The position numbers and the translations under genes are program-made. A stretch of DNA of 52,269 nucleotides from a virus (Duplodnaviria; Caudoviricetes), in IMG/VR virus record IMGVR_UViG_3300008448_000122, positions 1 to 52,269 of that record, one strand, 5' to 3'. This document shows positions 1 to 5,460 of this stretch, piece by piece (position 1 is the stretch's first letter; each line of letters begins with the position of its first letter). The notes under the pieces are model-generated. The model worked only from the letters and a program-made list of their open reading frames with translations, did no database searches and was not told the DNA's origin.

Positions 1-5
1 TTGGA

Positions 6-112
6 ACAGCAAAGTCGAAAAACTTTGGATCGTCGTAACCTATTGAAAACACTAGACTTGGGGCTTTTGGGGCCCCCGGCCCGAATCTAAGTCCTTTATT
101 TACAAGGGGTTA
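6..112. repeat. Early-region intergenic element copy 1: two inverted 25-bp boxes (36-60, 88-112) around a GC-rich core
   Basis: acagcaaagtc-gaaaaactttggatcgtcgtaacc...cactagacttggg matches 658-715 and 1754-1799; box 88-112 (taagtcctttatttacaaggggtta) is an inverted relative of box 689-713. Confidence 0.9.
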
Positions 113-373
113 GGGCAGCTTGAGATCTTCCTTGAGGATGTGCTTAATGTGGATCCTCGCCTGAAATACCGAACGTTCGGCCACCCGCAGTTCGTGCTGT
201 AGGGTGGCGTAGAGTTGCCCACGGTCGAAATCATTCAGGAAGGGCCGCGCAAGCGACGTTAGGCTGTGGAGGTAGCCGACGCGGCTGTATTCTTCCAGCT
301 TTTGCTCCACATCTTCCAAGAGATTGTGAAGTGCCTCAAACGAGGCGAGATTGTGCTTCTTATCGTTTTCCAT
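110..373 (-). CDS. Hypothetical early protein (87 aa, MENDKKHNL...)
   Basis: ATG at 373 lies 1 nt after the TAA of the upstream ORF (TAA-C-ATG); the longer 451 start would overlap that ORF. Confidence 0.7.
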   Translation of the reverse strand: MENDKKHNLASFEALHNLLEDVEQKLEEYSRVGYLHSLTSLARPFLNDFDRGQLYATLQHELRVAERSVFQARIHIKHILKEDLKLP

Positions 374-374
374 G

Positions 375-623
375 TTAGCAATCGTCCGTGTAGGTGTTGA
401 GGTAGGGGTCGTAGCCGTTGTCGGAAACATCGTAGAAGCCTTCGGCGGCAAAGCCGATGGTCTCGTTGATCGTTTCGATGATGAAGTCGATGCCCACTTC
501 CTGGTTGTAATCCAACAGCAGCAGAGCCTGGATCGCGTGCGGGTTGTCGGCTTCGGCTTCCGACAGGGTTTCCATGTAGTTGAGGATCGCGTCCTTGATC
601 TGCTCGGTGTCCATGTGGTTCAT
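375..623 (-). CDS. Hypothetical acidic early protein (MNHMDTEQ...), probably leaderless
   Basis: ATG at 623 lies 7 nt downstream of TATAAT (631-636, minus strand); the 689 start falls inside the repeat. Confidence 0.75.
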   Translation of the reverse strand: MNHMDTEQIKDAILNYMETLSEAEADNPHAIQALLLLDYNQEVGIDFIIETINETIGFAAEGFYDVSDNGYDPYLNTYTDDC

Positions 624-630
624 GCGGTGG

Positions 631-658
631 ATTATAGCGTCTGAGTTTCTGGCATCTA
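631..658 (-). promoter_or_regulatory. Sigma70-like promoter TAGATG-N16-TATAAT-N7-ATG
   Basis: Same geometry as four other promoters in the first 3 kb; the -35 box is the weakest of the set. Confidence 0.7.
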
Positions 659-766
659 CAGCAAAGTCCGAAAAGTTTGGCATCGTCATAACCCCTTGTA
701 AACACTAGACTTGGGATCGGGCCGGGGGCCCCAAACTTACCCAACCCCTTATGTTTCAAGGGGTTA
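658..766. repeat. Early-region intergenic element copy 2 (boxes 689-713 and 742-766, core inverted relative to copy 1)
   Basis: 670-715 is identical over 46 bp to 1754-1799; the core tcgggccgggggccccaa is the reverse complement of the copy 1 core ttggggcccccggcccga. Confidence 0.92.
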
Positions 767-768
767 TG

Positions 769-975
769 TCACTTCACCTTGCATTCCTTCTGTTTCATTT
801 CCTCGCACCATTCGTTGAAGCACATCTTGCAATATCCTGCATAGGTGCGCGCCCACGGGCCGATCTTGCATTCCTTGCACTTCAACGGGCCTTCCGTCTT
901 TTCGTCCCGAATCAAGGGGAAGATCAACGACATGGCGGACTGTGGGGGAGACTTGAGCTTGCGATGGGTTCTCAT
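769..975 (-). CDS. Small CxxC...CxxC putative zinc-binding protein
   Basis: CKEC and CKMC motifs; TAA-C-ATG coupling to the upstream ORF. Confidence 0.7.
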   Translation of the reverse strand: MRTHRKLKSPPQSAMSLIFPLIRDEKTEGPLKCKECKIGPWARTYAGYCKMCFNEWCEEMKQKECKVK

Positions 976-976
976 G

Positions 977-1078
977 TTAGAAAGGCGTGCTAAGGTAGCC
1001 TACAACGACGATGAAAACAAGGGCGCACATGGCGATATAGAACAGGACCGCCAGCGTCAGGTTAGCTTTCTTTTCCAT
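977..1078 (-). CDS. 33-aa single-pass membrane peptide MEKKANLTLAVLFYIAMCALVFIVVVGYLSTPF (not in the ORF track)
   Basis: Translated by hand; ATG lies 7 nt after TATACT; one hydrophobic stretch; fills the gap exactly. Confidence 0.75.
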   Translation of the reverse strand: MEKKANLTLAVLFYIAMCALVFIVVVGYLSTPF

Positions 1079-1085
1079 GGCTCGG

Positions 1086-1113
1086 AGTATAGCGTTAGAG
1101 GTTTAGGATTCAA
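1086..1113 (-). promoter_or_regulatory. Sigma70-like promoter TTGAAT-N16-TATACT-N7-ATG
   Basis: Read directly on the minus strand; close duplicate of 1441-1468. Confidence 0.8.
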
Positions 1114-1433
1114 TCCCCAATATCGAATGCATCGAATGCTGGGTTGCTAAGATCCCACACCATCTCATCCGATTGGATCGTGAGACCATCCCACATATCC
1201 TTGGGGAGCAGAGATTCTTCCCAACATTCTTGAAAGTTCTTGATGGTCTCTTCATCCGCCATCGAACCATCGGCCAGGAAGATTTCCTCGATCCAAGGGT
1301 AATCGTCGTTAGGGGTGAAGCAAAGGCGGAACTTCGTCACCTTCGGCATATCGTACTTGACCCATTCCAGCAAGTATTCCTTGCGAATCGCCCATTCTTG
1401 CTGGGCCGTCAGGAACTCCGGGTTGATCTTCAT
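1110..1433 (-). CDS. Hypothetical acidic early protein (107 aa)
   Basis: ORF with ATG 7 nt after TATACT. Confidence 0.75.
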   Translation of the reverse strand: MKINPEFLTAQQEWAIRKEYLLEWVKYDMPKVTKFRLCFTPNDDYPWIEEIFLADGSMADEETIKNFQECWEESLLPKDMWDGLTIQSDEMVWDLSNPAFDAFDIGD

Positions 1434-1440
1434 GCTTCGT

Positions 1441-1468
1441 AGTATAGGGTCAGAGTTTTAGGATTCAA
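1441..1468 (-). promoter_or_regulatory. Sigma70-like promoter TTGAAT-N16-TATACT-N7-ATG
   Basis: Read directly on the minus strand. Confidence 0.8.
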
Positions 1469-1476
1469 GCCTATTT

Positions 1477-1707
1477 TCAGTAGGCTTCCGAGCAACCTTC
1501 CCAGTTACCCTCTTCCCATTCCTGGGCCTCATCCTGGGCGACGATCCAATCGGCCATCGCATCGTGGAAAGATTGGAGCACGAATGCAACATACTGCTCG
1601 GTGCATTCGATCCCGTGCTTAATCCACATCACACCCACGATATCGTTCTCCGTAAGATCGGGGTGATCCGCCGCGACGTTCAGGACCAACGTTTCCTTCG
1701 TGCTCAT
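1477..1707 (-). CDS. Hypothetical acidic early protein (MSTKETLV...)
   Basis: ATG at 1707 lies 7 nt after TATACT; the 1773 start falls inside the repeat. Confidence 0.72.
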   Translation of the reverse strand: MSTKETLVLNVAADHPDLTENDIVGVMWIKHGIECTEQYVAFVLQSFHDAMADWIVAQDEAQEWEEGNWEGCSEAY

Positions 1708-1714
1708 GCGGGGG

Positions 1715-1742
1715 AGTATAGGGTCTGAGTTTCTGGGGGCAA
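1715..1742 (-). promoter_or_regulatory. Sigma70-like promoter TTGCCC-N16-TATACT-N7-ATG
   Basis: Read directly on the minus strand; spacer resembles that of 637-652. Confidence 0.78.
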
Positions 1743-1815
1743 CACTAAAAGCAGAAAAGTTTGGCATCGTCATAACCCCTTGTAAACACTAGACTTGGGG
1801 AGCTTGGGGCCCCCT
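1742..1815. repeat. Early-region intergenic element copy 3 (half element: box 1773-1797 plus partial core)
   Basis: 46 bp identical to copy 2; core ttggggccccc in the copy 1 orientation; no second box. Confidence 0.88.
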
Positions 1816-1838
1816 CGAAAGTATCCAATAGGATTTTG

Positions 1839-1957
1839 CGGGTCCCATATGGAACGATGCGTCATCTCCACCACACATCCTCAGGACCCATAGATCTACC
1901 CCACAACAAATTTAATAGGAATCTCAAAAAATCTCAACGGGTCCCATCGGGTCCCAT
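1839..1957. repeat. Cluster of CGGGTCCCAT direct repeats
   Basis: cgggtcccat at 1839-1848, 1938-1947 and 1948-1957; variant ggacccata at 1884-1892. Confidence 0.85.
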
Positions 1958-1959
1958 AG

Positions 1960-2208
1960 TCACATATTTTGATCTAATAGTTTCAAAATATCCAACCAAG
2001 TTTCCTTAGTCTTGAAATAGACTTCCATGGTGGTAGCTCCCCCCTTATCGTTCATGAGATAGATATCCAATCCATATAGGTTTTCATCATCCTTATATGC
2101 ATAGTATCCCTTGAAGTCTAGTTGGTTAAAAGTAAACATCACATAACCATCGACATATACTTTAATGCGACCGTTATGTGTAGTAAACTTATAGGATCTC
2201 TTTCTCAT
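1960..2208 (-). CDS. Hypothetical protein (82 aa)
   Basis: ORF with ATGA overlap to the upstream gene. Confidence 0.75.
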   Translation of the reverse strand: MRKRSYKFTTHNGRIKVYVDGYVMFTFNQLDFKGYYAYKDDENLYGLDIYLMNDKGGATTMEVYFKTKETWLDILKLLDQNM

Positions 2209-2450
2209 GGTTCAAAGGAGATGCTAACGTCGTTTAGAAGATCTTTTTGATCAATCATCCACTCTCCGAAGATTTCTCTAGCTTCTCCGGTTGAAAAGGA
2301 GACTGCGATCTTATCCACACCATTTTGATATGCATATGAAGCGACCATCATGATATCATTATTTGGGGCATGAGAGAACATTTGACCAGCCTTGAGGTCA
2401 TTGACCGCAATTTTAGTATCTCCCGTCTTTGCACTAATAGTAATTTTCAT
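2205..2450 (-). CDS. Hypothetical protein (81 aa)
   Basis: ORF with ATGA overlaps at both ends. Confidence 0.75.
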   Translation of the reverse strand: MKITISAKTGDTKIAVNDLKAGQMFSHAPNNDIMMVASYAYQNGVDKIAVSFSTGEAREIFGEWMIDQKDLLNDVSISFEP

Positions 2451-2575
2451 TGTACGAATTCCTTCATTATCTTATACATCATAACTACGACTAAAGACCA
2501 TAGGATGAACAGTACTACACCGTTCACTGTGGGCTTTAAGATTTTCTCGATAAACAGTTCACGATCCGAGTTCAT
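2447..2575 (-). CDS. 42-aa membrane peptide MNSDRELFIEKILKPTVNGVVLFILWSLVVVMMYKIMKEFVQ (not in the ORF track)
   Basis: Translated by hand; one hydrophobic segment; its TGA overlaps the next ATG. Confidence 0.7.
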   Translation of the reverse strand: MNSDRELFIEKILKPTVNGVVLFILWSLVVVMMYKIMKEFVQ

Positions 2576-2939
2576 TTTCTAGTTCCTCTTCAATATCCTT
2601 CCAAATTGTGATTCCATCGTAGTAGACGAAGTTCATATCTGCGCTGCAAGCGGTATAATTTACTTCAATGGCTACGATTTGATTTCCCTTGTAGTTGATT
2701 TCCTTTGGATCGAAGACATCGGTGATCCTAACAATGTATCCCATGGTTGAGATATAATCGCCCGCAGTCTTCTTTCTATCTTGGACGAGACTATTGATGG
2801 ATTCAAAGATTCGGTCACAGATATACTTCTTCTTGGTGCCAGGATAATCTGCTGGCATGAAAGGGTACTTGTTCCTTTCGGCAATAAGATTAACTACCTC
2901 AAGAAGTCCCTCAAGGTCGAAGGATGCGATTCTGTTCAT
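2559..2939 (-). CDS. Hypothetical protein (126 aa)
   Basis: ORF preceded by a promoter with N7 spacing to ATG. Confidence 0.75.
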   Translation of the reverse strand: MNRIASFDLEGLLEVVNLIAERNKYPFMPADYPGTKKKYICDRIFESINSLVQDRKKTAGDYISTMGYIVRITDVFDPKEINYKGNQIVAIEVNYTACSADMNFVYYDGITIWKDIEEELENELGS

Positions 2940-2946
2940 AGCGTCT

Positions 2947-2974
2947 GTTATAGCTCAGACGGTCCAGGGATCAA
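2947..2974 (-). promoter_or_regulatory. Sigma70-like promoter TTGATC-N16-TATAAC-N7-ATG
   Basis: Same geometry as the promoters in 631-1742. Confidence 0.7.
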
Positions 2975-3177
2975 GGCTTTTTCTTATCTTTATCATGAGG
3001 CTCTTCTATCCAGTAGATTTTGCCTCCAAAGCTATTGTAAAGCCATTCGTCTGGGTGAGGTGGTGGCGTGTAATGGCCTTTACCTTTATCATTACAATCC
3101 AAACAGCCTTCAACTTGAGGACCCCAAACTTTTCCACACTTGGGACATTCCCAACCAACATTTTTATTAGTCTTCAT
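2971..3177 (-). CDS. Small zinc-ribbon protein (GWECPKCG...CLDC)
   Basis: Two CxxC motifs; start uncertain (3177, 3183 or 3204). Confidence 0.7.
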   Translation of the reverse strand: MKTNKNVGWECPKCGKVWGPQVEGCLDCNDKGKGHYTPPPHPDEWLYNSFGGKIYWIEEPHDKDKKKP

Positions 3178-3364
3178 ACTCATTAAATATATCGAACAAA
3201 TCAATTATAGCCCTGTCGATCAATTCGATTCTTTCATTTAAGATTTCTAACTTTGAGTTGGGTATTTTAGTTCTATCTATTGATTCGGCCAGAGTCGCTA
3301 AAGTCTTTATTGAGAACTCAGTGTTTCTAATATCTGAGTAGAGATCATTGTGGTTTATTTTCAT
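3167..3364 (-). CDS. Hypothetical protein (65 aa, helical)
   Basis: ORF overlapping both neighbours in operon fashion. Confidence 0.65.
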   Translation of the reverse strand: MKINHNDLYSDIRNTEFSIKTLATLAESIDRTKIPNSKLEILNERIELIDRAIIDLFDIFNEYED

Positions 3365-3905
3365 TTTTAACTTCTTCCAATACCATCCAAGTGCCTAAAA
3401 ATCCTAAGTTAGTGGATTCCCTCATGATCGGAAAAGCTCTTCCTCTAACTTTTGTTGTCTCTAAGGTATATACGTTTTGAACCTTGAACTCGGTTTCAAA
3501 CTTTCTGTGATCTCTTACTGATTCTGACCATTCTTTAACTACTCTGCTCATATCATCTGGGTGGATGAAGGATACCCATCCTAGGTCTTTTAGATCTTCT
3601 AATCCGCCTCCAACTAGCCTTGCCATCGCAGTATTGACCCAAATAAACTTACCATGTTCGTCTGCTTTGAATAGTGGCTTTTGAGTTAGGTGTTGGCTAG
3701 CCTCGATAAATAATGCTAAGTTTGTTACTGAGGCTTCTATCCTATCCATCTGGTCTTTTAAAGTTGACCCGCCATTATTTTTTGTTTCGTGCAATATTGC
3801 TTTTAACTTTCGATTTCCAAAAGCTAGCATTAAGGCCACTAGGGTTCCTACTGATGCAAGTACTTCATGCCAGGGAATTAAATGCCAAAAGTTAGTAGTC
3901 TCCAT
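3345..3905 (-). CDS. Membrane-anchored PAS-domain protein (candidate holin or lysis regulator)
   Basis: N-terminal hydrophobic helix, short coiled coil, then PAS/PAC signature (DEHGKFIWVN.AM..L.G...EDL...GW..FIHPDD). The holin role is inference. Confidence 0.8.
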   Translation of the reverse strand: METTNFWHLIPWHEVLASVGTLVALMLAFGNRKLKAILHETKNNGGSTLKDQMDRIEASVTNLALFIEASQHLTQKPLFKADEHGKFIWVNTAMARLVGGGLEDLKDLGWVSFIHPDDMSRVVKEWSESVRDHRKFETEFKVQNVYTLETTKVRGRAFPIMRESTNLGFLGTWMVLEEVKNENKPQ

Positions 3906-3911
3906 AAATCG

Positions 3912-3933
3912 TATCCTTCTATAAGGATATTTA
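3912..3933 (-). promoter_or_regulatory. Late promoter TAAATA overlapping a hairpin that sequesters the Shine-Dalgarno sequence
   Basis: Minus strand reads cTAAATAtccttatagAAGGAtacgatttATG; stem TATCCTT/AAGGATA. Confidence 0.65.
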
Positions 3934-3950
3934 GTTTTCGGAGTCTACGT

Positions 3951-4301
3951 CTATGGGATATGTTTAATCCCATCTACATTTCTTATTACATTATAAGCTA
4001 TAGCCTTAAAAGGTTTATCGGATTGGTGGTCGTTAATTAAAATCCGCTTTCCCTGTCCGATACCCATAATAAGCATATCGTATATAACTCCTGCTGCACT
4101 TAATTGTTCTTCCGTGAGCTTCCTGGTTGATTCTGGGCGGGCTGTAGTAAGAATAATCATATGGCCTTCACAGTGCCATTTAGCCGTATTCTCCCGCGCG
4201 CCTGGAAGAGCTTTTAATACTTTGCAATTGGTGATGTCTGCAAAGTTATCAATATGTTCGATAAGTGTGCCATCAATATCTACAAAGTAAGTGTTTCTCA
4301 T
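3951..4301 (-). CDS. HAD-superfamily phosphatase (small, capless type)
   Basis: Motif I FVDIDGTL, motif II LTTARP, YDMLIMG...RILIND. Confidence 0.88.
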   Translation of the reverse strand: MRNTYFVDIDGTLIEHIDNFADITNCKVLKALPGARENTAKWHCEGHMIILTTARPESTRKLTEEQLSAAGVIYDMLIMGIGQGKRILINDHQSDKPFKAIAYNVIRNVDGIKHIP

Positions 4302-4325
4302 ATAAATACTTATAGGAGGTGCTTT

Positions 4326-4385
4326 ATGCTACTAAAACTAGATTTTGGACTGAAGGCGAATGGACCATGCGCCAATGGGTGTTGA
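4326..4385 (+). CDS. Possible 19-aa peptide MLLKLDFGLKANGPCANGC
   Basis: TATAAATA at 4301-4308 and AGGAGG 6 nt before ATG; very short and may be non-coding. Confidence 0.35.
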   Translation: MLLKLDFGLKANGPCANGC

Positions 4386-4409
4386 CTACATACCCATAGG
4401 AGGTTTGCC

Positions 4410-4736
4410 TCACTTGCCAACCATTTTATTTGCGATTGAAAGGTAAATTAGCCAGCAGACACAGCTTCCAAGTGAGCCATTAAATAGCATATCAAAAACT
4501 ATTTGATAGGGCCACATCTGCTTAAGTAAAAAATACTCTGCTGGGCTCCAGACTAATAGTCCCCACATTAGTCCCACCCAGAAGCCCATGCAGAGTATAC
4601 AATTCACAAGCTTTCCAAAGAATGGTATCTTAGCAAGAGCCAATCTAACGGGCTTGAAAATCGTTGAGTATACGACGATGTTAGCGGCTCCGAAAGTCGC
4701 TAGTGACCAGATAATAAAATTAGTTAGGTAATCCAT
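4410..4736 (-). CDS. DUF1360-like membrane protein
   Basis: Three hydrophobic segments; IF.P.R...GKLVNCILCMGFWVG pattern. Confidence 0.7.
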   Translation of the reverse strand: MDYLTNFIIWSLATFGAANIVVYSTIFKPVRLALAKIPFFGKLVNCILCMGFWVGLMWGLLVWSPAEYFLLKQMWPYQIVFDMLFNGSLGSCVCWLIYLSIANKMVGK

Positions 4737-5460
4737 GTGTCTTGTTGTGAATCAAAATTATTGGTAGCTGGCTTCTATGAGTCTTTACAAACTCATCTTT
4801 AGCCTTATACCATTCCTGTCTCATCTCGCCTGGAGATTCGTGCCTAATAATTATAGGCACTGCATAGTTAGAATAACCAAGTAAGTGTGCTTTGCTGGTC
4901 ATATGTATATCGTAAAAATCCCAAGGACCAGATAAGTATGACGGTTGTTTTAGTGTTATTGCTTTTAAGATTTTATAGGAGCAGGCTAAGAAGCAACCGT
5001 CTAAGCAAACCACTTGCCCATAAGGACCAAAATAATTTGGGGTCATGAAGACCTCATCTTGGCCTTGGAAAACGAATCCTCTGGAGGCTCCTAAATGTCT
5101 TGCGTTCCACCAAGCTCCATTGATTTTATTTGCGTCGTAGTAGGTAGATCCTGCCACTCCTACAAATCCTACATTTGGCTTCAAGCAGATTTGTAGTAGT
5201 CTCTCAAACTCGTGATGGTTGGTCATGATCTGAATGTCATCATGGCACATCACTATAATATCATTATCCTCTAACTTAGTCTCAATCTGAATCCAGTCTA
5301 AGTTTTGGGTATGTCCCTGATATATTGAAGGAGCATCGTAAGCTATAGCAATTCTCATATCTATATGAGATGAAGCTTTGTTTACATAATCCTTAATACT
5401 AGATAAGGATTTAGACTCTTTATTCAATCTACTACATATAGACAGGATAATTTTAGACAT
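4720..5460 (-). CDS. GT-A fold glycosyltransferase (family 2-like, StrF-type)
   Basis: IIVMCHDDI, GFVGVAGS, VVCLDGCFLA, WDFYDIH, IRHES motifs; start placed at 5460 to avoid overlapping terL. Confidence 0.82.
   Translation of the reverse strand: MSKIILSICSRLNKESKSLSSIKDYVNKASSHIDMRIAIAYDAPSIYQGHTQNLDWIQIETKLEDNDIIVMCHDDIQIMTNHHEFERLLQICLKPNVGFVGVAGSTYYDANKINGAWWNARHLGASRGFVFQGQDEVFMTPNYFGPYGQVVCLDGCFLACSYKILKAITLKQPSYLSGPWDFYDIHMTSKAHLLGYSNYAVPIIIRHESPGEMRQEWYKAKDEFVKTHRSQLPIILIHNKTHGLPN

Noticed and set aside
259-1442. Overlapping ORFs 259-759(-), 351-644(+), 751-993(+), 845-1150(+), 1173-1442(+)
   Set aside because: Shadow frames of GC-richer DNA that cross repeats and promoters; the promoter-anchored minus-strand set tiles the region.
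624-1773. Shared N-terminal peptide MTMPNFS... on two ORFs (624-689 and 1708-1773) as a targeting leader
   Set aside because: It is a translation of the repeat and promoter. The -10 box lies inside it and copy 1 has ACG at the equivalent start position.
6-1815. Repeats as a CRISPR array (given the Cas4-like gene)
   Set aside because: Copies are ~650-1080 bp apart with genes between them; there are no 30-40 bp spacers and no cas1/cas2.
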